Of a stretch of 64,000 bases of DNA, positions 25,401 to 36,300 are shown piece by piece. This stretch comes from Azolla caroliniana. Its lineage: Eukaryota > Plantae > Polypodiophyta. The notes beneath the pieces are model-generated. The model had not been told where the DNA came from and ran no database searches. It was given only the letters and a program-made list of their open reading frames with translations. Within the stretch, counting starts at the first letter, position 1; each line of letters opens with the position of its first letter. A program made the translations under genes and the position numbers. The stretch lies in NCBI GenBank assembly GCA_043228905.1, contig JBHGNT010000002.1, positions 14,198,001-14,262,000 on the forward strand. Reading direction: 5' to 3'.

Positions 25401-26402
25401 ACCCATTCCATGAAGTCCCATTTTCTACGAGTCGGCCTTCGAACTCCTCCCAGGTACGGCTCTCCGCCCGCACCTCGAGCACCTCCGCATGGATGCTCGG
25501 CATCGCCACTCGAGGAAACCCGGCAAGACGCCTCTCTTCCGAAATGTCCCGCATCAGCATTTCTGCCCCGTAGGACGCCAAATACTTCGTGGCATCCTTT
25601 CCGTTGAACCGGCCAATCGTACCGACGACCACCTCAATGGCTCTGTCGAGGGCGCCGGTGCCCTCGCGTGCACTCAATATCCGATCCACGGCCGAAGCCA
25701 TGGCCTTTGCAAGATCCGACCCTTTCATCTTCTGCTCTTCTGCCGCCTCCTTCACATCGGGTTCACCAAAGATGTCGAGGTTTTCCTCGCGGATGCGTGG
25801 AATGAGGCGGGACCTCGGGGGTCCTGTACCAAAGAGCAAGAGAGAAAGGAGAAGATGCCCACTACGTGCGAGAGTAGATTCACAGGGACACGGCCCTTCG
25901 ACACAAAGACGCGAGTGGGACAGTGACACAGGGAGACACAAACATATGTATGTATTAACAAAGACAAACAACACAACACGGAGTCGGTTACAACCGAACA
26001 GGCCGGCGAACAGATGCCGATACCTGTTCGTAAACGCACAAAAAGGAAGGAGTTGGTTGGAGGTGCTGCCGGAAGCACTCGGGCATTCCTCAGAGCAGCG
26101 CAAGCCTCCCGAAACCTACACAGAAGGAAGCTATGGCGTTTGCGAACCAGAGAGAGAGAGAGAGAGAGAAGCCTTCGCCCACGAACCGACAGCACTTCGT
26201 CCTCGACTCTCCGCGATCCCTTCGCCCCTCCTCGTCTCCCTCCTTTTATAGGCAAGGAAGGAGCCGTTTCCCCTTTACTTCCTACCTACCGAATCTGCCT
26301 GCCTAGGATCTCCTATGTACAACATAAGGCGCACGTGCATGAAGAGCCGGTTCCTACGCTCCGGTGCACCGATTCCGCTTGTGGACGGTTTTCTTCACGA
26401 CA
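19467..26402 (-). mobile_element. Element E: young full-length Ty3/gypsy without chromodomain (5' LTR 25773-26402; 3' LTR 19467-20100) inserted in the gag of B
   Basis: Near-identical ~630-bp LTRs (about 10 substitutions by eye) and a 4-bp TSD ACGT/ACGT. PBS TGGTGAACCCGATGTGAA on the minus strand at 25751-25768, with PPT GGTGGGGGCGGA before the 3' LTR. Domain order gag-PR-RT-RH-INT. Confidence 0.95.
20174..25728 (-). pseudogene. Gypsy gag-pol of element E, broken by a few frameshifts and a gag deletion (ORFs 23837-25411, 22908-23621, 21421-23013, 20437-21357, 20174-20638)
   Basis: Zinc knuckle CMWCDEVGHIRKDC, protease-like ALVDHGSEINLM, RT (DLYSGYDQF, LPQG, FLDD), RNase H (VDTS, ETDC, MADMLSR), integrase (GHRG, VDLV, ADRGE, VERGH) and a GPY motif (WFGPYVV). 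Confidence 0.92.
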
Positions 26403-27060
26403 ACGTGTTCTGCCATGTTGGAGTCGTCTTGGTACCGGAGCCTCACTAACTTCTGAAATACCGAAACCCGATTAATGACATTTTTGTTCTAGAACATGAT
26501 GTTGATCTTCTCCCAGAGTTCATGAGCCTCACTTTCTTCTTCGATGAAGCACCGGATGTACACCGTCGTCTTCATGTGCATCACCTCCCATGTCACGACA
26601 TCGATCTTATCCGGTTTCTTCTCCCCGAACTGTACTAGCAACCAAAGATCTTTAACCACCAACATGCCCCTCATCTTCGACTTCCACACTGAGTAGTTGG
26701 AACCGGTGAGCTTGAACATGCCACCGAACAACTCTTCCATTTCCTGTGTTGTTTGCTCTGATACCAGATTGTAAGGAACTAGTGCGGAAGTATTGCTCGG
26801 CCACAACCATGTCTCAAATCACTCTATGAAGGACCAAACATAGAAATTGGAAATAGGTATGATGAATGCACACACACAAAAAAACGATAGAGAACACATG
26901 ATGTTTACGTGGAAAACCCTAATCGGGAAAAACCATGGGAGCCCACGGACTCCGAACTATCACTATATGAGAGGAAATACAAAGTGGAAACACAAAGGCA
27001 ACGACCTCGTGCTCGCGATCTTCGCCAGACGGCGGTTACAACAGATCCTCGTGCTCGTAG

Positions 27061-27104
<44 letters not shown>

Positions 27105-27908
27105 CAACAATAATAACAACAATAACACGCTCTAACATCACACTAAAGTGATTGCCCTAAGTCATATTTATACTTATATGACTTTAGGGCTATTTACAAA
27201 TATAGCCTCGATGGGCTCACCATGAAACATATTTACACATATGTCCTTGGATTCGGTTTGCACCGGATCCATCTAGATTCACTCGATCTGGTTTCTGAGT
27301 CTCATCGGGAACCCTTCTAGAACCGGTTACTTCATCCGGCTTGTCCGATCCAACTCCTCCGGTTCTCATTTGGATCCCATCCGGAGGGATCGAATTCCCA
27401 ACAAGAATCTCACCAACCAAGTAGAAGGTCAGGCACTAAGGAATAAAACAACTTCGGTGGTTTGCAAGTTTCTCCTTGAAGATGTTATTTGTTGATACGG
27501 ATGTGTCGGCAAAATAGTAGCCGATAGGGGAGAATTAGATGCAAATGAAACTAAAGAGTTCTTTTCAAGGATAGGTGTCAAATTATTACTCACCACGGCA
27601 TACAACCCAGAGGCAAATGGAAAGGTGGAGCGGGGACATAGTCCAATTGTAAAAGCTCTAGGAAAGGCTTGCGATGGGAAGATGAGAGATTGGCCACGAT
27701 TATTACCATATGCATTGTGGACCAATAGAACCACACATAGCACGATCCAAAGATATATGTTGGTCGAGCTCATATTAGGGAAAAAATCGATAATTCCTAA
27801 CAAGCAAAGTGAAACTTCGTGGACGACTTTCCCCTGGCAAGAGGAGATGAATCGAGAAGACTTGATAGCTACAAAGATCCAACAATTAGAACGAAGACCC
27901 GAAGATGT

Positions 27909-30900
27909 TGTTGGTAGACAGGTCCCTCCGGATGGGAAGGGAGAAGAACAGTGCCGACGAACAAACTCGGCCGAAACGGTATGAACCGGATGGGGAGAAC
28001 CCGACTTCGGAGAGTCGGATGGTGTAGGCCCGGTATGAACCGGATGAGGAGTACCCGACTGCGGAGAGCCGGATGGAGCCCATCGAGGCTACATTTGTAA
28101 ATAGCCGAAGAGTCATATTAGTATAAATATGACTTAGGGCAAACTTCTTTTTTTTTTTTCTGTAGTTGTAGCTTTGTGATTTTCTTCCTTGTTGGTGCAA
28201 GAAGAAATCAGAGCGTGTAACTATACAGAGAGAGAGAGAGAGACGAGGTCGTAGCCTCTGTTGTAACCGCCGCCTGTGGCAAAGATCTGAGAGCACGAGG
28301 TCGTTGCCTCAGTGATCTCACTGTTGTATATTTCTGCATAGTGACAGTTTGCAGCTTGTGGGCTGCCGTGGTTTTTCCCCTATTTTGGGGTTTTCCACGT
28401 ATACCTCCTGTGTACCATTTCTCCTCTTTTGTGTCGCGTTTCATTACCTGTTTTTCTGTGTGTGTAAAAAGAATCTCGGTTGTGGCCGAGCGTCGGACAT
28501 AAAGAACGTCGAGTTCTCAACAAGTGGTATCAGAGCGAGATCGACATAGAAAATGGACGAATCGTTTGGCGGCATGTTCAAGCTCACCGGCTCCAACTAT
28601 TCAGTGTGGAAGTCGAAGATGAGGGACATGCTCGTGGTTAAAGACCTCTGGCTGCCGGTTCAGTTCGGGGACAAGAGACCGGACAAAATCGACGCCGCGA
28701 TATGGGAGGTGATGCACATGAAGACAACGGCGTACATACGGTGCTTCATCGACATGAGCCTGTACAACAACTTCAATGAAGAGAGCAAGGCTCATGAGCT
28801 CTGGGAGAAGATCGGCATGATGTTCCAGAACAAAAATGTTGTAAATCAGGCGTCGGTATTCCGGAAGCTTGTAAGACTCCGGTACCAAGATGGCTCCAGC
28901 ATGGCGGAGCATATGAATGCCTTCCAGGGGCTGATTCACCAGGCAACGTCATTGGAAGTACCTCTTGCCGATGAGGTCCTAGCGCTACTCCTGCTCGGTT
29001 CCCTCCCGGATAGCTGGGAGACGTTGGTTGTTACTTTGGGCAACGCCGGGCCGGAAGGAAAACGGCTATCCCTAGCAAGAGTAAAGTCGAGCTTGCTAGA
29101 TGAGGAGGCTCGTTGGAAAGACAAAGATATGAGCTCCGACTCCAAAGCGCTCCTTACCGAATCGGAATGCGGAAGACATAGAAACCGTAGTCCCCAGAAC
29201 CGGGAGAAGTCGAGGACACGATCAAAGTCAAGGGGGAGGCCTACTTGCTTCTATTGCGGCAAGCCGGGACACTTCCAAAAGAACTGTCGGCATTTCCGTA
29301 AAGACAAGGAAACCGACGGTACCGATTCGAAGCAAACCCCGAACCGGAACGGTACAGACCAGAACGGTAAAGACCGGAGGGGGCCGGACCGGAAGGGAAC
29401 GACGGCAATTGCGGCAAGTGAAGAGGAGTTGATGCTCATCACCGAGGAGAGTGAGATAAACCATGCCGGCGATGAGATGACCTGGGTGGTAGATTCCGGA
29501 GCGTTGTTCCACCTCACCCCGGACCAGAAATGCTTCTCATCCTACTCAGCCGGTGATCACGGCTGTGTCCGGATGGGGAATGAAGGAACATGCCGAATTG
29601 TCGGCATAGGAGACGTGTGGCTGACAACACCAACCGGATGCAAGTTGCTGTTGAAAGATGTCCGACACGTTCCGGAAGTTCGTCTGAACCTGATATCAGC
29701 CGGTCGGCTAGATGATGAAGGCTACACGGGTAGCATCCGGAACGGTGTCATGAAGTTCAGCAAAGGGAGCCTGATTGTGGCTCGGGCCCGGAAGTTAAAC
29801 ACACTGTACCTGATGAATGCCCGGTTATGTCCGGAAGAAGTGAACGTGGCTTCCGACACTGCCGGTGAGCTGTGGCACAAGAGGTTATGTCACATGAGTG
29901 AGAAGGGGATGAAGAGGCTTGGAGACGATAACCTCATTCCAGTGAAGAACGTGCACTTAGAGAAGTGCACTGATTGTCTGGCCGGTAAGCAGAACCGGAC
30001 CTCCTTCCGACCAAGGCCACCGATGAGACGTAATGCACCACTGGAGTTGGTGCATACGGATGTTTGTCAAGTAGACACGAAGTCACATGCCGGAGCGCAG
30101 TACTTCGTGACGTTCATAGATGACCACAGCCGGAAGCTGTGGGCCACACCGCTGAAGATGAAGGATCAGGTGTTATCCGTCTTCAAAGAGCTCCACGCGA
30201 GAGTGGAAAGAGAAACCGGCCGGAAGCTGAAGGGGGTTCGAGCAGATAACGGAGGTGAGTACCGGGGGCAGTTCGAGGAGTACTGCCGCTCGAAGGGAAT
30301 CCGGCTCAAATTTACCGTGCCGAAGACGCCGGAGCTAAACGGACTGGCCGAGAGGATGAACCGGACCATAATGGAGAGGGTCCGGAGTATGCTAGCGCAT
30401 GCAAAACTACCCAAGAAGTTTTGGGCTGAGGCACTGTCGACGGCGACATATGTGATAAACAGATCACCCTCAGTACCCCTGGATGGAGACACGCCACAGA
30501 GAGTATGGACCGGTAAGGAAGTGTCCTACCGGCATCTAAGGGTGTTCGGGTGTCTCGCGTACGTGCATGTAGCAAAGGACCGGAGAGGAAAGCTAGATCC
30601 AAAGACCCGGCCATGCATATTCCTCGGTTACGGTGACGATGAGTTCGGCTACCGAGTGTGGGACCCGGCCGACAAGAAGATATTCCGGAGTCGAGATATT
30701 ATCTTCATGGAGGACAAGACGCTCGTCGACTGGGAGTCGGAGAAGAAGATAGTGAACTCCGAGTCGACCGGTAAGGATAGACTCTACAATGAGCAGACCA
30801 AACCGGCAAGAGACCGGTTAGCACTCGAGGAACCAGCCGATTACGGTGAGGATACCGAACCGGCAGAAGAAGAAGTAGAGGAAGCTGAGACCGGAACCGG

Positions 30901-33257
30901 TCAAGATCCCGAATCGGATTCGGATGAAGAGCAAATGGAGGAACCGATTACCGAAGCCCGAAGACGTAGATATCCTCTCAGAGAGAGAAGGGCGCCCCGG
31001 AGATTTCCGGATGCAGAGCATGTCCTGCTAACCGATGAGGGGGAGCCGGAAAGCTTCGAAGAAGCGAAGGAAGACACCCACAGCCGAAAATGGTTAAGTG
31101 CCATGCAGGATGAGATGGATTCCCTACATGAGAACCATACGTACGAATTGGTGGAGCTGCCGAAAGAAAAGCAGGCACTCCGAAACAAGTGGGTGTTCAA
31201 GTTGAAACCGGGAGATGCCGGCAACCCCCCGAGATACAAAGCCAGGATCGTGGTGAAGGGGTTCCAGCAGAAGAAGGGCGTGGACTTCGACGAAATATTC
31301 GCCCCGGTAGTAAAGATGACCTCCATCCGGACGGTGCTGAGTATAGCAGCAAGCATGGATCTCGAGGTAGAGCAGCTGGATGTGAAGACGACATTCCTCC
31401 ACGGCGACCTCGAAGAGGAAATCTACATGCAGCAACCGGAAGGATTTGTGGAGAAAGGGAAGGAGCACCTGGTATGCCGGTTGAAGAAGAGCCTGTACGG
31501 ACTGAAGCAGGCTCCCCGGCAATGGTATCGGAAGTTCGACTCCTTCATGACCGATCAAGGGTACCACAAGACGCAGGCCGATCACTGCGTGTTTGTGAAG
31601 AAGTTCGAAGGAGGGGACTTCCTGATACTCCTCCTGTACGTGGATGACATGTTGATCGTCGGACGAGACCAAGGCAAAATACGGATGCTGAAGAAGGCTC
31701 TCAACCGGACCTTCTCAACGAAAGACCTGGGTCCGGCAAGACAGATGTTGGGGATGCACATCATTCGGGACCGGTCAGTGAAGCAACTATGGCTGTCACA
31801 GGAGAAGTATGTGACAAAGGTGCTTCACCGGTTCAACATGTCAGATGCAAAACCGGTCGGATCGACACTTCCGGTAAACTGCAAGTTGTCCGGCAAGCAA
31901 AGCCCGAAGACAAAAGGAGAGAAGGCAGATATGATGAAGATTCCATATGCCTCTGCCGTCGGGAGCTTGATGTACGCAATGGTTTGTACCCGACCGGACA
32001 TTGGATACGCAGTCAGAGTGGTGAGCCGGTTTATGAGCAATCCCGGCAAGGAGCATTGGAACGCGGTCAAATGGATACTCCGGTATTTGAAGGGCACTTC
32101 AAATATGTGTCTCCGATTCGGCACCGGAAAACCTCAACTGGACGGTTTCACCGATTCGGACATGTCGGCTGATGTGGATACCAGCCGGTCTACATCCGGG
32201 TATGTGATGACATATGCAGGGGGAGCTGTCTCGTGGCAGTCGAGGCTGCAGAAGACGGTGGCATTGTCAACCACAGAGGCGGAGTACATGGCGGCTGTGG
32301 AAGCCGACAAGGAAATATTATGGATGAAGGACTTCATCGGGGAGCTCGGTATCCGGCAAGAGGAATACCAACTCTACTGCGACAGTCAAAGTGCCATCCA
32401 CCTTGCTAAGAATGCGGCCTACCATTCCCGGACGAAGCATATCCAGCGGAGGTATCACTGGATCTGGGAAAGGGTAGATGACCAGGAGTTCGCATTGGCG
32501 AAGATCCACACGGCCGAGAACGGGTCAGATATGCTGACCAAAGTGCTGACACCCGACAAGCTGGACGCATGCCGGAAGAGGATCGGGCTGGAAAGACACC
32601 CCATGCCGGAGTGAAGGGGGAGTTTGTTGGTAGACAGGTCCCTCCGGATGGGAAGGGAGAAGAACAGTGCCGATGAACAAACTCGGCCGAGGCCGACAGG
32701 CCTCGGCCGAAACGGTATGAACCGGATGGGGAGAACCCGACTTCGGAGAGTCGGATGGTGTAGGCCCGGTATGAACCGGATGAGGAGTACCCGACTGCGG
32801 AGAGCCGGATGGAGCCCATCGAGGCTACATTTGTAAATAGCCGAAGAGTCATATTAGTATAAATATGACTTAGGGCAAACTTTTTTTTTTTTTTCTGTAG
32901 TTGTAGCTTTGTGATTTTCTTCCTTGTTGGTGCAAGAAGAAATCAGAGCGTGTAACTGTACAGAGAGAGAGAGAGAGACGAGGTCGTAGCCTCTGTTGTA
33001 ACCGCCGCCTGTGGCGAAGATCTGAGAGCACGAGGTCGTTGCCTCAATGATCTCACTGTTGTATATTTCTGCATAGTGACAGTTTGCAGCTTGTGGGCTG
33101 CCGTGGTTTTTCCCCTATTTTGGGGTTTTCCACGTATACCTCCTGTGTACCATTTCTCCTCTTTTGTGTCGCGTTTCATTACCTGTTTTTCTGTGTGTGT
33201 GAAAAGAATCTCGGTTGTGGCCGAGCGTCGGACATAAAGAATGTCGAGTTCTCAACA
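27909..33257 (+). mobile_element. Element H: structurally intact Ty1/copia (5' LTR 27909-28522; 3' LTR 32625-33257)
   Basis: Perfect TSD GATGT, PBS TGGTATCAGAGC at 28525-28536 and PPT GAAGGGGGAG before 32625. The LTRs differ by about 7 substitutions and one 20-bp indel, counted by eye. Confidence 0.97.
28553..32614 (+). CDS. Intact Ty1/copia gag-pol polyprotein, 1353 aa (Tnt1-like)
   Basis: Uninterrupted ORF with CFYCGKPGHFQKNC knuckle, protease WVVDSGA, integrase [46 protein letters not shown] and YVDDML, and RNase H FTDSD, TEAEY, CDSQSA. Confidence 0.97.
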   Translation: MDESFGGMFKLTGSNYSVWKSKMRDMLVVKDLWLPVQFGDKRPDKIDAAIWEVMHMKTTAYIRCFIDMSLYNNFNEESKAHELWEKIGMMFQNKNVVNQASVFRKLVRLRYQDGSSMAEHMNAFQGLIHQATSLEVPLADEVLALLLLGSLPDSWETLVVTLGNAGPEGKRLSLARVKSSLLDEEARWKDKDMSSDSKALLTESECGRHRNRSPQNREKSRTRSKSRGRPTCFYCGKPGHFQKNCRHFRKDKETDGTDSKQTPNRNGTDQNGKDRRGPDRKGTTAIAASEEELMLITEESEINHAGDEMTWVVDSGALFHLTPDQKCFSSYSAGDHGCVRMGNEGTCRIVGIGDVWLTTPTGCKLLLKDVRHVPEVRLNLISAGRLDDEGYTGSIRNGVMKFSKGSLIVARARKLNTLYLMNARLCPEEVNVASDTAGELWHKRLCHMSEKGMKRLGDDNLIPVKNVHLEKCTDCLAGKQNRTSFRPRPPMRRNAPLELVHTDVCQVDTKSHAGAQYFVTFIDDHSRKLWATPLKMKDQVLSVFKELHARVERETGRKLKGVRADNGGEYRGQFEEYCRSKGIRLKFTVPKTPELNGLAERMNRTIMERVRSMLAHAKLPKKFWAEALSTATYVINRSPSVPLDGDTPQRVWTGKEVSYRHLRVFGCLAYVHVAKDRRGKLDPKTRPCIFLGYGDDEFGYRVWDPADKKIFRSRDIIFMEDKTLVDWESEKKIVNSESTGKDRLYNEQTKPARDRLALEEPADYGEDTEPAEEEVEEAETGTGQDPESDSDEEQMEEPITEARRRRYPLRERRAPRRFPDAEHVLLTDEGEPESFEEAKEDTHSRKWLSAMQDEMDSLHENHTYELVELPKEKQALRNKWVFKLKPGDAGNPPRYKARIVVKGFQQKKGVDFDEIFAPVVKMTSIRTVLSIAASMDLEVEQLDVKTTFLHGDLEEEIYMQQPEGFVEKGKEHLVCRLKKSLYGLKQAPRQWYRKFDSFMTDQGYHKTQADHCVFVKKFEGGDFLILLLYVDDMLIVGRDQGKIRMLKKALNRTFSTKDLGPARQMLGMHIIRDRSVKQLWLSQEKYVTKVLHRFNMSDAKPVGSTLPVNCKLSGKQSPKTKGEKADMMKIPYASAVGSLMYAMVCTRPDIGYAVRVVSRFMSNPGKEHWNAVKWILRYLKGTSNMCLRFGTGKPQLDGFTDSDMSADVDTSRSTSGYVMTYAGGAVSWQSRLQKTVALSTTEAEYMAAVEADKEILWMKDFIGELGIRQEEYQLYCDSQSAIHLAKNAAYHSRTKHIQRRYHWIWERVDDQEFALAKIHTAENGSDMLTKVLTPDKLDACRKRIGLERHPMPE

Positions 33258-33386
33258 GATGTTGGGTTGGCCGCAATATAATGGTTACAGAAAGCTCGAT
33301 TGAGGAACAAGGAGAATTTTGATAAAAAGCATTGTCTTTGTCTAAAAAAGATTGAAGAAGGAGATTGGGTCCTTGTCTATGATAGT

Positions 33387-36300
33387 TGATGAGGTATAGA
33401 CACGTAAGAGTGTAACACGCGTCACGTTTTATGCTCGATTATAATGAAAAAGAAACACAAGAAACACACACACAATGACACAACAAAGATTACACAAGAT
33501 TTAACGTGGAAAAACCCTCAATGAGGGAAACAACCACGGGACAAAAGTCCAAAACCAATCCACTATCACCAAAGAGATACAACAAGTACAAATTCTACTT
33601 CTAGATATACTAGAAATAAGTAGAGATATGTAGCATAGTACTACCGACAAGGATGGTACAATAATCCAAAGGGATAAGATTATCTCTCAAGCATATAAGA
33701 GAAAAGAAGAGAGAAGAAAACCCGGATAAGAATGTCCACAACTCGAAGTAGTAGCCGTGTAGATCTCACGTTGAGTAGTGGAGATGGAAAGGAGATTGAG
33801 AGTAGATGAGTTGAGCACCAAGCTTCACCAAGCTTCACTATGCTTCTCTATGCTTCACTATGCTTCACACTCCTCATACCTCTCTCTTTTTTTTCTCACC
33901 TCTTCCCACATATATATATATATATATATCTCCTTTCCACCCTCTCTTCTCTTTGTCTCTCTCAAAAACAAAAACGGTCGTTTTGTTTTGTTTTCCTCTT
34001 TATTATTATTATTATTATTATTCTTTTCTTTCTTTACTCACTAAAAAACGTAACTTACATTTACCCTTTTAAAGAAATAAAGTAAGGGTAATAAAGTAAG
34101 TGGTATCAGAGCGGAGGTTGTGTTTTTTTTTGCTCAATTATAAATGGAGGCAAACACATCAACAATGGTTGTTTTAAATGGCACGAACTATCAAAAATGG
34201 AAAGGAAAAATGAAAGATTTGCTTTTCGTTAAAAATATGCATTTACCTATATTCACAAAGATTAAACCGAAAAGAAAAATGATGAGGAATGGGATTTTGA
34301 AAATGAACAAGTATGTGGTTTCATACGTCAATGGGTAGGAGATAAAGTCTTGAATCATGTTGTGAATGAAACAAATGCAAAGACTTTGTGGAATAAATTA
34401 GAAACCTTGTATGCTTCTAGAACCGGTAATAAGTTGTTTTTACTCAAACAAGCGATGCATTTGACTTATAAAGAAAATAAGTCGGTTTTAGATCATTTAA
34501 ATGAATTTCAAGGATGTTTTGATCAATTGTCTAGCATGGGTATAAACTTTGAAGAAGAAGTTCTTTCTTTATGGTTGCTAAATACTCTTCCCGAGTCATG
34601 GGAAACATTTAGGGTTACTCTAGCTAGTGCGGCTCCTAAGGGAGGTATGACAATGGAACTTGTGAAGAGTGGAATTCTAAATGAAGAAATGCGGCGAAGG
34701 ACGCAAGGAGCAACATCAAACATGGAAGCCTTCGTTACTGAAAATAGAGGAAGAAGCCAAAAGAGGAGTGATGACCGAAACAACAAAGGTAGAAGTAGAA
34801 GTAAGTCAAAGTCTAAATATAAAGATTTAGTTTGTCTTTTTTGTGGTAAGACAGGTCACATAAAGAAATATTGTTTCAAATGGAAGAAGGAAAATAAAGT
34901 GTCGAACTACATGAAAGATAAGAAAAATGTGAATGACAATATCGATTCTGTTAATGTTGCTTCCTCTAATGATTTACTTGTTGTATGTACAAGTTACAAT
35001 GAAGTTAACATAAGTAGCCATGAAACCACTTGGGTTCTTGATAGTGGTGCCTCCCACCATGTTACGTCTAGAAGGGATTTTTTCTCATCTTACACTCCAG
35101 GTGACTATGGTGTTGTGAAGATGGGGAATGATGGATTTGCAAAGGTAGTCGGCACAGGAACCATTTGCTTGCAAACCAACACGGGATTCAAGTTGATTCT
35201 ACATCAAGTACGACACGTGCCCGATATTAGATTGGATCTAATCTCCACAGGTACATTAGACGACGAGGGCTATAACCATTCGTCTCAAAATGGTAAGTGG
35301 AAAATCTGTAAGGGTTCTTTGATTGTTGCGAAAGCAAATAAATGTTGTCACAATGGTTTATATCTTTTGCAAGCTTCTGTCTCTACTAACTTTGTCAATG
35401 TAGTTGAAAATCAAGATGTTTCGAAATTGTGGCATAAGAGATTGTCCCATATTAGTGAAAAGGGACTTGACTTTCTAGCAAAAAAGAATGTCCTACCAGG
35501 TTTAAAAGATGTGAAGTTAGATACATGTGATCATTGTTTGGCAGGGAAGGCTAAGAGGGTTTCCTTTAAGCATTCTTCTCTTCAACAAAAAGGTATACTC
35601 GAGCTAGTGCATTCTTATGTGTGTGGACCCTTGAAGGTAAGGTCAATAGGTGGAGCACTTTATTTTGTTACTTTCATTTATGATCATTCTAGGAAGCTTT
35701 GGGTTCGAATGTTGAAATCAAAAGATCAAGTTTTTGATGTTTTTAAAGAGTTTCACGTTTCTGTTGAGAGAGAGACAGGGAAGAAACTGAAATGTATTCG
35801 CAGCGATAATGGTGGCGAATACTGTGGATCTTTTGATGCGTATTGTCGAGAGCAAGGTATCAAACATCAAAGAACCCCTCCTAAGACTCCCCAATTAAAT
35901 GGTTTGGCCGAAAGAATGAATAGAACCCTAGTTGAAAGAGTTAGGTGCTTACTTTCAGATGCAAGGTTACCTAAATCATTTTGGGGTGAGGCTTTGAATA
36001 CTGTTGCACATATCATTAATCTATCTCCTACTACCGCATTGCAAGGTGATGTACCAAATAGAGTGTGGTATGGTAAATATGTCTCTTATGATTACTTACG
36101 TGTGTTTGGGTGTAAGTGTTTTGTACATATACCCAAGGATGAAAGATCAAAGTTAGATGCTAAATCTAAACAATGCATTTTTATTGGATATGGTCAAGAT
36201 GATTTTGGTTATAGGTGTTACGATCCTGTGGGAAAGAAGCTTATTAGGAGTCGTGATGTAGTATTCATCAAAGACCAAACCATTGAGGACATTGACAAGG

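Larger units (their letters stand above)
8308..27403 (-). mobile_element. Element B: degenerate Ty1/copia closely related to H (5' LTR 26770-27403; 3' LTR 8308-8317 + 13971-14574), itself host to C, D, F and E
   Basis: LTRs TGTAAGGAAC...GAATTCCCAACA. PBS reads GCTCTGATACCA on the plus strand at 26755-26766, and the PPT reads CTTCCCCTTCA right after 14574. TSD is AGATT/AGAAT (one mismatch). Coding remnants between 14585 and 26740 match the 1353-aa ORF of H (FGGMFKLTGSNYSVWKSKMR, GNAGPEGK, EHVLLTDEGEPESFEEA). Confidence 0.92.

Noticed and set aside
19291-26475. Many long overlapping or antisense ORFs (e.g. 24711-25607, 25589-26251, 25216-26103 starting in the LTR)
   Set aside because: Expected shadows of GC-rich gag-pol and LTR sequence. 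No recognisable domains, and no env-like ORF with a credible signal or transmembrane layout.
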